Assembly (NCBI GenBank): GCA_041690355.1
Contig: JAWLHK010000005.1
Coordinates: 248,001 to 277,693 of the forward strand
Origin: a bacterium
GTDB taxonomy: Bacteria > J088 > JAWLBW01
DNA: 29,693 nucleotides
Direction: 5' to 3'
Part shown: piece by piece, positions 8,584 to 17,045 of the stretch
Numbering within the stretch: the stretch's first letter is position 1
Layout of the letters: each line of letters opens with the position of its first letter
Position numbers and translations under genes: made by a program
Notes under the pieces: model-generated
What the model was told of the DNA's origin: nothing
Databases searched by the model: none
What the model saw: the letters and a program-made list of their open reading frames with translations, nothing else

Positions 8584-9531
8584 ATGCAGAAATCCGCACC
8601 TCCCGCCGATGCGACGTTGGAGCAGCAGCTTCTCGAAGCCGTGCAGAGCGATATCGAGAGCGTGCGTGCGGCCGCTGAACACCTGATCGCCGCCGGCGGA
8701 AAACGCGCTCGGCCCCGCTTCGCCTTCCTGATCGGCGAGCTGCTGGGGGTCGACCCCGCCGTGGCCGCCGCCGTCGGTGCGGCGGCCGAGCTGGTGCACA
8801 CCGCCACCCTGCTCCATGACGACGTCCTCGACGGCAGCGATCGCCGCCGCGGGCGACCGGCCGTGCACGCGACGTTCGGTATCCGCAACGCCATTCTGAC
8901 GGGCGATTTCCTGCTCGCCCGCGCCATCGAGCACCTGACGGCGCGCGGACTTTTTCAGGCCACGCATGAGCTGACGCGCGCCGTGCGCGAACTGGTCGAG
9001 GCCGAGCTGCTCCAGCAGGAGCTGGCGTGGAACGCTGCCATCACGCAGGCGCAGGCGCGTCGCGTCGCCGAGGGAAAAACCGGCGCCCTGTTCGCGTGGT
9101 GCGCGCGCGGCCTCGCGGTCGAAGGGAAGCTCGATGCCGCCGGGATTGCATCGGCCGACGCGCTCGGCAGAGACGTGGGATTCGCCTTTCAGATTGCCGA
9201 CGACCTGCTCGACATTCACGCCGGAGGCGGCGACAAGCCGACCCGCGCCGATCTGCGCGCCGGACACGTAACCTTTCCGGTACGGCTGGCCTGCGATCGG
9301 GATGCGGAGCTGGAGGCCGCCATCCGCACGGCCTTCGCCTCACGCCGGGAGGCTGACTTCGAAGCCGCCTGCGCGGCCGTCGAACGCTCGCCCGCCGTCG
9401 CGCTGGCCAGAACCGAACTGGAGCAGGCGCGGAAACGGTTTTCGGATGCAGTCCGGGCGGCGGGCGCCAGCTCGGAGCTTGCCGGCCGCATGGAAGGGTT
9501 CTTCGACGCCGAGATCAGCCGCCAGCGCTGA
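8584..9531 (+). CDS. Polyprenyl diphosphate synthase (trans-prenyltransferase)
   Basis: GGKRARP, first aspartate-rich motif LLHDDVLD..RRRG, GDFLL, KTGALF, and second motif FQIADDLLD. Confidence 0.92.
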   Translation: MQKSAPPADATLEQQLLEAVQSDIESVRAAAEHLIAAGGKRARPRFAFLIGELLGVDPAVAAAVGAAAELVHTATLLHDDVLDGSDRRRGRPAVHATFGIRNAILTGDFLLARAIEHLTARGLFQATHELTRAVRELVEAELLQQELAWNAAITQAQARRVAEGKTGALFAWCARGLAVEGKLDAAGIASADALGRDVGFAFQIADDLLDIHAGGGDKPTRADLRAGHVTFPVRLACDRDAELEAAIRTAFASRREADFEAACAAVERSPAVALARTELEQARKRFSDAVRAAGASSELAGRMEGFFDAEISRQR

Positions 9532-9975
9532 TCAGCGGACGCAACGCACGAGCGCCGCTTCGGTCTTCGGGTTGGTGTATACGTACCCGCTGCTGAACAG
9601 GATGTACCAGGCAAAGTTCGGGCTGCCGTGGCGGGTCGTCGACGACCAGTAGCCCACCACGTTCGTCCCCGGAAAAGCCGCCTCGTCAATGGCCGGCGAC
9701 TGCCGATCGTCGGCCACGAGGGAGCGCAGCTCCTTGATCCCGGGCAGGCGCCAGTCGGTGCGCCCACCGAGCGTGAGGCCTTCGCAATAGGCGAGCGCAT
9801 CGCGCCAGCGACGCGAGACGTTGTCGTCTTCGCGCTGCCAATGCAGACCCGTCGCGGAATCGAGCACCGTGCCGTCGCCCTGATCGGTCAGCGTCGACGA
9901 GGCCGCCGCGGGCCGGGCCAGGACGGCCGCCGTCAGCAAGGTCAGGAACAGGCAGAAGCGGAGTCGGATGCGCAT
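9532..9975 (-). CDS. Secreted DUF1566 (Lcl C-terminal domain) protein
   Basis: Signal peptide; GDGTVLDSATGLHWQ, W.DA..YC, DWRLPGIKEL, YWSSTT, AW...F..G, and terminal VRCVR. Confidence 0.9.
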   Translation of the reverse strand: MRIRLRFCLFLTLLTAAVLARPAAASSTLTDQGDGTVLDSATGLHWQREDDNVSRRWRDALAYCEGLTLGGRTDWRLPGIKELRSLVADDRQSPAIDEAAFPGTNVVGYWSSTTRHGSPNFAWYILFSSGYVYTNPKTEAALVRCVR

Positions 9976-9978
9976 GCT

Positions 9979-11088
9979 TTACCGTACGCAGCGCACGTAA
10001 GCGCTGTCCCCTTCGGCCTTCTTCAGCGGGCCGACGTATCCATAGCTGAACAGGACCACCCAGGCCGACTCGGCGTCTCCCGCGTGGCTCGTGGCGGTCC
10101 AGTAATAGGCCGATTCCGTTCCGGGAAAGACACTCAGGTCGATGCTCGGGCCCGCGCGGCCGTAATCGAGAATCGACTGCAGCTCGCGGCTCGTCGGCAG
10201 CCGCCAGCCGCCGCCGGCGAGCGGCAGCCCGCTGCAGTAGAGCACGGCGTCGCCCCAGGTGCGCGCCGTGTCGTCGTCTTCGCGCTGCCAGACCAAGCCG
10301 GTGATCGCGTCGATCGCCGTGCCGTCGCCGGCGTCTGTGAAGCTCATCGGATAGGCGGCGTGCTGTGCGTCCTGGCCCGCAAAGGGTTCCCCTTCGGCTG
10401 GACAGGCGATCACGGCCGCGTTTCCATAGCACGTCTGCTGTCCGGAATCGGGCACCGGCCAGGATGGACTGCCTCCCGGACCGCCGGCCGAAAGTATCGT
10501 CCAGGTCCAGAAGGCCGGAGTCGCATCGACGTTTCCGGCGGCGTCGATGGCGCGAACCTCGAACGTGTTCTCTCCGCTGCTCAGCCTGTCGAGGGTGCCG
10601 GGCGAGTAGCAGCCGAACCAGAAGCCCGCGTTCAGCCGGCATTCGAACGTGCAGGCCGTCTCGTTGCACGAAAAGGTAAACGTGGCCGACGTCAGGTCGA
10701 TCGGCGATGGCGGCCCGTCGGCGATCACGGTTTCGGGCGGGGTAAGGTCGTCTTCGGGCTCGGGAACCGTGCCGCACGCGCCGAGGCAGACACTCGCGCA
10801 CGCCGCGTCTCCTTCGCAGACGAGACCGCACTCGCGTACGCAGGCGGTAACCGGATCGGTCTCGCAGACCGCGCACTCCTCACAGACTTCGCACTGCACG
10901 GGAGGCGGCGGTTTCGTATCCGTGTCCTTCTTCGCGGGGGGCGGTTCGTCGGACGTGCAGGCAGCCAAAAGGAGGACCGCGAGCAACGGCGCCGCGCAGC
11001 GCACCGCCCATGCACCGGCCCGTTCACGCAACCGCCGGAAGAATTCCCGAGAACCCGCAGGCATGCGCATCAACGATACCACAGACAC
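9979..11088 (-). CDS. Lipoprotein with Cys-rich region, Ig-like domain and DUF1566 domain
   Basis: Lipobox LLAA-C; Cys-rich segment; PPETVI..ATFTF..FECRL..TFEVRAIDAAGNVDATPA Ig-like domain; PDSGQQTCY; DUF1566 ending VRCVR. Start may be 11070 or 11064. Confidence 0.88.
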   Translation of the reverse strand: MSVVSLMRMPAGSREFFRRLRERAGAWAVRCAAPLLAVLLLAACTSDEPPPAKKDTDTKPPPPVQCEVCEECAVCETDPVTACVRECGLVCEGDAACASVCLGACGTVPEPEDDLTPPETVIADGPPSPIDLTSATFTFSCNETACTFECRLNAGFWFGCYSPGTLDRLSSGENTFEVRAIDAAGNVDATPAFWTWTILSAGGPGGSPSWPVPDSGQQTCYGNAAVIACPAEGEPFAGQDAQHAAYPMSFTDAGDGTAIDAITGLVWQREDDDTARTWGDAVLYCSGLPLAGGGWRLPTSRELQSILDYGRAGPSIDLSVFPGTESAYYWTATSHAGDAESAWVVLFSYGYVGPLKKAEGDSAYVRCVR

Positions 11089-11109
11089 ACCCCTTCGGCC
11101 CGTACCGGC

Positions 11110-13863
11110 TCATCCCGCATGCAGCGCCCCGATGAGAAACAGAAAGAACAGCGAGAGCGTTACCAGCGCGGCGCGGAACCGAGAAGCCGACGGCGGACCC
11201 GCCATCAGGGCGGCGACCAGGGCGCCCGCCGCAACGCCCGATGGAGAAGCGATCCACGTGATGCGCCCCTCGACCGCGAGCAGCAGCGGTGCCGCCGCCA
11301 GCGCCGCCGCCGTCGTCACCAGGATGCCCGCGTGAAGCTTCTGCAGCGGCCAGCCCCGCCGCGCAGCGAGCGTATACGGCGTCTGCACGCCGGCGTCGCG
11401 ATCCGCCGGCCAGTCCTTGTAATCCTTGAGCACGGCCACGAGCGAGAAGCCGCCGAAGGCGAGAAACATGGCCACCAGGGTGGGCGCCTCGAACGGGCCC
11501 GTGAAGGCGGGGTCGGCGAGCGCGGGCGAATGGGTCGTCCACCAGCGCGGCGCACCGTAGGCCAGCTGTTCATGCGCGGCGACGACGCCGAACCCGAAAG
11601 CGCAGAACCCCCAGATCCCCTCGATCTTCAGATTGGAGGGAAAGTAGCGCTTCGCCCGGTAGAAGGGGAAGTTGTAGAGCATGAACGTCGCGAAGGCGAT
11701 CAGGGCGAGAAAGGTGTTCCCGCTGTGCGCCGCGGCGAGAATGAGCAGGCCCAGCACGGCGGTCAGCGTGAGAAAGCGTACGTCATCGGCATCCAGGTAC
11801 CGGCGCCGGCCCTGGAGATCGTCTTCGGCACGATCGAAGAAATCGTTCTGCCCGAGCGCCACCCAGCCCGCGAGAAACATGAGAAAGGCATAGACCGCCG
11901 TCGTCGCCGAAACCGAACCAGCATAAGCCGAGCCGAGAAAGCAGAAGAGCAGAAACGGGAGCGCGTGCGGGATGCGGCCGGCCAGTCCGGCGAGCAGGCG
12001 CGGACGGACGGCCAGATACAGCGCCATGGCGAGCACGACCCGCATCAGATTCTCGGTCGTGATCCGGTGCCCCGGAGGCCACCCGGCGGCTTCGACGGCG
12101 AGCGCCGCAGCGGTGCCGGGGAGGGCGAGAACGGCCACGCCCCCGAGCCACCCCGCGCCCAACGTTGCGAGCCCCCGCAGAGCCCCCGCGCGCAGGCCTA
12201 CCCAGATCGCGCAGGACAGTGCGGCGACCCACCACACGAGCCCCCACCCTTCCATCCCCACCGGCGTCCACGGGACGGCGTCCGACCTGGCGGTCAGCAC
12301 GGCAATGGCGGGCGGAAAAAGGCCGAGGCCGATCCAGGGGAGCGCGCCGGCCAGGGCGCGCGGAGCCGAAAAGCGTCCGAAAACCCGCGCCACGGATGCG
12401 AACCAGAACAGGCCCAGCCAGAGCGTCGCGGCGGCCGACAGCCATGCGGCAAGCATCTGCTCGGGCGGTTCGCCGCCGGCCATCCAGGCCGCGAGCAGGC
12501 CGCCGCCGGCGACCACGAGCGATCCGAGAAAGGCGTGCAGGACTGCGGGCCTCCCTTCTCGCGGCGGAGAGATGCGCTCCCTGCGCGCGGCGGGGGGAAG
12601 CAGACGGGGAACGATGGCCGAGGCTGCGGCGAAGATGACCGCAAGGGCGGCGAGTGTACCGGAGTCCCACGGATACAGCGCGCCGGGCTCTGCCGGCTGC
12701 GGAAGAAAGGCGATCCACCAGCGCGGCGCCCCGTAGGCGGCCTGCTCCGCCGCGGCCGTGATGCCGAGGAGAAAGGCACACACGGCGAGGAGCCCGCCGA
12801 AAAGAAGGGCGCGGGAAAACTTCTGCACCCCCAACCCGAACCCCGCCAGAAAAAGGAGACCGAGCGCAGCCAGCGCCAGCGGGATCAGGCCGAGCGCATT
12901 CGCGGCCGCGAGCGCCAGGAGCAGCATTCCCCCCATGACGGCGAGCATCTGTGCGTCTTCCCGCTCCATCTCGCCCCCGCCCCCCTCGGATCTCTGTGAC
13001 AGAACGGCGAGAGCGATCCCGACGACGATGACAAACAGCGCGGCATAGGCAAAGGCGCCGGGCCCAAGGCCACCGACCCAGAGCGAACCGGCGAGTACGA
13101 AGGCCCCCATGACCGCCAGATAGGCTGTGCGCCGGACGAACCACCGGCGCACCGCCGGCTGCAGGGCGACGAAAAGCACGAACGAGGCGGCAATCTGCAG
13201 CAGATTCACGAGCGCGATGTAGTGGGTCGGCTGCCAGCCCGCGAGCGACCCGAACAGCATGGCGAGACCCGCGGGAAGGCCGCCGATGACGATCACCCCG
13301 CCGTAGGAGAGCGACAGTGCCGCCAGGGTCCGGGGCATGCTGCGCGTCTTGTGCGCAACGTAGAGTGTCGTGAAGAAAATCACGGTCCACAGCACGATGG
13401 CTTCGCCGATCGGGATGTTCAGCTTCGGGTTGTAGAGATACCAGTTGAACTCCGAAGGGACCCCCCAGACGTAAGCGTACTGAAAGCCGGTGCCGCTGAA
13501 GAGCGTGTCGAGCAGCGGCGGGAAGATGCCGAGAAAGATACCCACCAGGATGACGTTCATCGAGGTGCGCCAGGGCTGCGGCACGAGCAGGCGCAGCACG
13601 GTCGTGAACACGAAAAAGGTGAACCAGTAGAACCCGGTCAGGGTCACCACGAAGGAGAGCGGAAACGGATCCGGCACGCCGCCGAGAATCCACTCGAGAA
13701 AGCGCCGCATCGATCCGACAAAGAGACAGAAGAAGAAGATCGCAAGCGGACTGAACGTCCGCTTCTCGAGCAGGGCCGAGACGTTGCGGAACCAGATCCA
13801 GGGATAGTTGCGCACGGCGCCACGCGACGTATCGGGGGGCCGCGAGGCCGTAAGACTGCTCAT
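11110..13863 (-). CDS. 917-aa polytopic membrane protein, internally duplicated, with a C-terminal UbiA-family prenyltransferase domain
   Basis: UbiA Asp-rich motifs QNDFFDRAEDD and LKDYKDWPADRDAGVQT, plus LYNFPFYRAKR. ATG at 13863 forms an ATGA overlap with the upstream stop. Confidence 0.82.
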   Translation of the reverse strand: MSSLTASRPPDTSRGAVRNYPWIWFRNVSALLEKRTFSPLAIFFFCLFVGSMRRFLEWILGGVPDPFPLSFVVTLTGFYWFTFFVFTTVLRLLVPQPWRTSMNVILVGIFLGIFPPLLDTLFSGTGFQYAYVWGVPSEFNWYLYNPKLNIPIGEAIVLWTVIFFTTLYVAHKTRSMPRTLAALSLSYGGVIVIGGLPAGLAMLFGSLAGWQPTHYIALVNLLQIAASFVLFVALQPAVRRWFVRRTAYLAVMGAFVLAGSLWVGGLGPGAFAYAALFVIVVGIALAVLSQRSEGGGGEMEREDAQMLAVMGGMLLLALAAANALGLIPLALAALGLLFLAGFGLGVQKFSRALLFGGLLAVCAFLLGITAAAEQAAYGAPRWWIAFLPQPAEPGALYPWDSGTLAALAVIFAAASAIVPRLLPPAARRERISPPREGRPAVLHAFLGSLVVAGGGLLAAWMAGGEPPEQMLAAWLSAAATLWLGLFWFASVARVFGRFSAPRALAGALPWIGLGLFPPAIAVLTARSDAVPWTPVGMEGWGLVWWVAALSCAIWVGLRAGALRGLATLGAGWLGGVAVLALPGTAAALAVEAAGWPPGHRITTENLMRVVLAMALYLAVRPRLLAGLAGRIPHALPFLLFCFLGSAYAGSVSATTAVYAFLMFLAGWVALGQNDFFDRAEDDLQGRRRYLDADDVRFLTLTAVLGLLILAAAHSGNTFLALIAFATFMLYNFPFYRAKRYFPSNLKIEGIWGFCAFGFGVVAAHEQLAYGAPRWWTTHSPALADPAFTGPFEAPTLVAMFLAFGGFSLVAVLKDYKDWPADRDAGVQTPYTLAARRGWPLQKLHAGILVTTAAALAAAPLLLAVEGRITWIASPSGVAAGALVAALMAGPPSASRFRAALVTLSLFFLFLIGALHAG

Positions 13864-16800
13864 GGCAGGTGAACCTCGGCGACGGCTGCAGCAAGGTGAT
13901 GGATGGCCACGAATACCGGCACTCCCTTCGCATCGCGAAGCGGCAGGCCGGCGTCGTCTTCGATCGCGAAGTACCCGTGCGGCAACAGCACCTCGAGCGC
14001 GCCCCCCGCGCCGCTCAGCCCTTCGATCGTGCGTCCGAAGAGGAGATCGCGAAAGCGCACCGGCGCCCCCGCGGCATAGGTCCCGTTCTTCAGGACCGTC
14101 GTGCGGAACCTGCGGATGCCGGCCGCGGGAAAGCCGGCCTCCGGTTCCGGACGACCGAGAAACCAGGCGGTTCCGTTCCACTCGCCCCACCACTCCCAGC
14201 AGAGAGAATCGATGCGGGCGCGCGCGCCGAACGGAATGCCCTGCACGCGCCCCCCGCAGCGGACGGACAGCGCGGCGTCGCGCAGCTCGGACGACCATGA
14301 GAAATCGTGTTCGCGACCGCCGGCGAAGCCGAGACCCGGGATAGCGCCCGGCAACGTGAATGCGCGCCTGTGTGTGCCGGACTCGATCATCCAGGCGCCT
14401 TCCGCACGCGGTCCCCACACGTAACCGGCGCCCGAGAACAACGCGGCCGGCGCCGGCCCGGTGACCGAAAGGGAACCCGCCACGGTCTGCAGGCCCAGCG
14501 GCCAGCGGGGCCCCTTCGCGGGAAGGGTGACGTGAACGGTTTTCTCATCGCCGGCCGTGAGGTGAAGCGACTGCGTGAGGCTCGCCCCCGAGGCCGGCGA
14601 GCGCACCATGAGCCGCCCGGCGCCGAGCGCCCGCAGCGAGAAGGTTCCGTCGGCGCAGGCCTGCGTGCGCGAGGTCCATGGCTCGGACTCCCACTCGATC
14701 AGGGCCCCGGAGATCGGCGTCCCGTCTTCATCCCGGACGGAACCGAGGGCGCGGCCTGTCATGGCGACAGAAAGCAGCGGAAGGGTCACTGCGGGTTCAT
14801 CCAGGTAGACCCACTCGCCGACATAGCCTTCGCGCAGGGCCCGGGCGCGCGAGCGCAGGCCGGGAGCGACCTGTACGGTGACCGACGGCGTTGCGGCGTC
14901 GTAGATCCGGAAATCGGCGAGGACGTCGGAGCGCACCTCGACCGCGGCGCTCAAGGCCTGGCCCTGATCATCCTGCACGGCGATCTGCACCGTCGCCGTC
15001 GACGCCGCGGGGGTGCCCGGGAGCGGCGCGGTCGCCGTCTCGCCCCCCGAACTCCAGAGGCGGATCTGCGCCGGCCACGAAGCCGCAAACGGGAGCGGCG
15101 CGACGCGCCGTCCGGTTCCGTCCCGATCCGCCAGCGTATCGAGAGGCGCGCGCACGAGAAGTTCCGCGGCGCCGTCGCGCACCTCCACGAACCCGGTGAC
15201 GGCGCCGCCGAACGGAATGCCCGCGACGGCGAGACTCGAGGAGTCTGCACTCGCGGTCAGGCCGCCGCCCCGGTGCAGGGCCACGGCGGCTGCGGAACAG
15301 CCGACGAGGGCCCGGGGTTCATCCGCGGACGCGACTCCGTTACCGTCCTCATCCCAGAACCAGCGGCATGCGTCTGCCGCCTCGGCCGGATAGGTGACCG
15401 AAACCGGAGACGCGGCCGAAAGGTCGATGCCGCCCAGGCTCGTGCGCTCGAGCGGAAGCCCCGTTGGAGTCGTCGCGCGAAACACGCGCAGGATACCCCC
15501 GGCCCCGCAGTCGCCACAGGCGACCTCGCTGGCCGCCGTCGTCACGGCCGGCATCCCGGGAACCGCTTCGAGCGCGGCCGTCACGGGAACGGCACGGCGC
15601 AGAAATGCGCCGCCGAAGTCCTCGACGGCGGGGCGATAGATCGGTTCAGCATCGCCCCACACCCCGTCGCCGTTGACGTCTTCGACGAAGAACAGGCGGG
15701 GGACGTCGAACCAGGGACGGCTCCAAACCGGAACGGTAACCGGGTGCGTCGCGACCGGCGCGGCCTGCCAGACGGGTATCGTTGCCGACGAGGCGTAGAG
15801 GAGCCAGCGGTGCGCCGCGGCCGGCCGCGCCGGCAGCGTCAACGCGATTCCGGCCCTGTAAATGCCGACGGTGCGCCAGGCCGAGGCGCCGGCGGGCCGA
15901 TAAAGAAACTCGTTCCAGCCTGCCGCGAGGGGAACCGCGCCGGCCGCGAGCAGCGTGAAATCGAGTGCGCGGATCTCTTCGGGCGGGCCCTCGCCGGCCT
16001 GCGCCAGCCATGCGCCCAAGTCGAAGGGGGCACCGGTGACAGCCGTGATCGGCAGAACGGAGAGCGATGCGGGCGGGACCGCGGCAGCCGTGGAGGAGAC
16101 CGCCGCAAGATGCCGGACATTACCGGCGCGATCGGTCACCCGCGCCCGCGCCGTGAAGGCGCCGCCCCCCGTCTGCCAGGCAGTCGAGAAGCGAAACCCG
16201 CCGGAGACCGCCTGCATGGGGACGCAATGGGAAAAGGCGGCGTCGCAGAGTTCGGCGGCGGCGAGGCCCGCACCGGTGTCAGAGGCGTCGATGCGGAAAT
16301 GGGTCGGCGGAGACCAGGGCGGGTCAAAGTTCCACACCGCGACAGGAGGCGTGGCGTCGACGTGAACGTCGACGGTGTTGCCCACGATGTCGTCTGCGCC
16401 CGGGGTCGCGACCCGGCACTCCACAGTCCAGGCCTTTTCAAGCGTCAGCGGCGGGAGGGTGAGCGTCGTGGTTCCCCGCGGATACGCCGCCGACACCAGC
16501 GAAACGCTTCGCGTGCCGCCGGCCCGCAGCTCGAGCGCCGACAAGGCGGCCGGCAGCGAGAACGAAACCTCCAGCGGTATCGGCTCGGCGGCGCCGTAGT
16601 GCGTGCGGGCAGGCGGCTGGATGACGCAGAACCCCTCGGGGTCGCGCATCGCCAGTTGATAACCGAAGCTGTACGGACCCCAGACACGGCCGCCGGCGTC
16701 CCGGGTGAAGACGACAAGGCTCGCGCTGTCGACGAGCCGGATGGCGACCGGATTGCCCTCCCAGGCTTCGACCTCGGGATCCGGGGCCCGGTTCAGGGCG

Positions 16801-17036
16801 AAGAGCAGTTCGACCTCGGGGTCGGCCGCCGCGAGGGTGACGTCAAGCGCGTAAGCGCCGTACGCACCCGGCGGCGGCTCCACCGAAAGAAGCGGCTCCA
16901 TCGGCCCCTCGTCGGGCGGTCCGGTGCGCGGCGGCTCGGGATCGCCGGAACAGGATGCCGTCAGCAGCAGCAGGAGCGCGACCCCCGGCCATCGGATGCG
17001 CCCTGCGGCAGGGAAACCGGATCTGCGTATCCCCAT
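13860..17036 (-). CDS. 1058-aa multidomain beta-sandwich lipoprotein
   Basis: Lipobox LTAS-C; PPPGAY (chitobiase/FN3-associated-like start); VDATPP..RARVTDRAGN Ig-like domain; DVNGDG and DEDGNG loops; GSVRDEDGTPISGA..ADGTFSL carboxypeptidase-regulatory-like domain. Confidence 0.8.
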   Translation of the reverse strand: MGIRRSGFPAAGRIRWPGVALLLLLTASCSGDPEPPRTGPPDEGPMEPLLSVEPPPGAYGAYALDVTLAAADPEVELLFALNRAPDPEVEAWEGNPVAIRLVDSASLVVFTRDAGGRVWGPYSFGYQLAMRDPEGFCVIQPPARTHYGAAEPIPLEVSFSLPAALSALELRAGGTRSVSLVSAAYPRGTTTLTLPPLTLEKAWTVECRVATPGADDIVGNTVDVHVDATPPVAVWNFDPPWSPPTHFRIDASDTGAGLAAAELCDAAFSHCVPMQAVSGGFRFSTAWQTGGGAFTARARVTDRAGNVRHLAAVSSTAAAVPPASLSVLPITAVTGAPFDLGAWLAQAGEGPPEEIRALDFTLLAAGAVPLAAGWNEFLYRPAGASAWRTVGIYRAGIALTLPARPAAAHRWLLYASSATIPVWQAAPVATHPVTVPVWSRPWFDVPRLFFVEDVNGDGVWGDAEPIYRPAVEDFGGAFLRRAVPVTAALEAVPGMPAVTTAASEVACGDCGAGGILRVFRATTPTGLPLERTSLGGIDLSAASPVSVTYPAEAADACRWFWDEDGNGVASADEPRALVGCSAAAVALHRGGGLTASADSSSLAVAGIPFGGAVTGFVEVRDGAAELLVRAPLDTLADRDGTGRRVAPLPFAASWPAQIRLWSSGGETATAPLPGTPAASTATVQIAVQDDQGQALSAAVEVRSDVLADFRIYDAATPSVTVQVAPGLRSRARALREGYVGEWVYLDEPAVTLPLLSVAMTGRALGSVRDEDGTPISGALIEWESEPWTSRTQACADGTFSLRALGAGRLMVRSPASGASLTQSLHLTAGDEKTVHVTLPAKGPRWPLGLQTVAGSLSVTGPAPAALFSGAGYVWGPRAEGAWMIESGTHRRAFTLPGAIPGLGFAGGREHDFSWSSELRDAALSVRCGGRVQGIPFGARARIDSLCWEWWGEWNGTAWFLGRPEPEAGFPAAGIRRFRTTVLKNGTYAAGAPVRFRDLLFGRTIEGLSGAGGALEVLLPHGYFAIEDDAGLPLRDAKGVPVFVAIHHLAAAVAEVHLP

Positions 17037-17045
17037 GCACGCCTT

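Noticed and set aside
9532-10330. Diversity-generating retroelement targeting the DUF1566 genes
   Set aside because: No reverse transcriptase or template repeat in the window. Differences between the two copies include indels and are not adenine-specific. A remote DGR cannot be excluded.
10775-10900. Multiheme cytochrome or ferredoxin motif in the Cys-rich segment
   Set aside because: No CxxCH motif; the exported location favours disulfides.
9628-12999. 1123-aa plus-strand ORF
   Set aside because: Arg/Gly-rich antisense shadow of well-supported minus-strand genes in high-GC DNA; no motifs.
13864-14418. 185-aa N-terminal extension of the UbiA-like ORF
   Set aside because: Overlaps the upstream gene and is Arg-rich noise; the ATGA-coupled start at 13863 is better supported.
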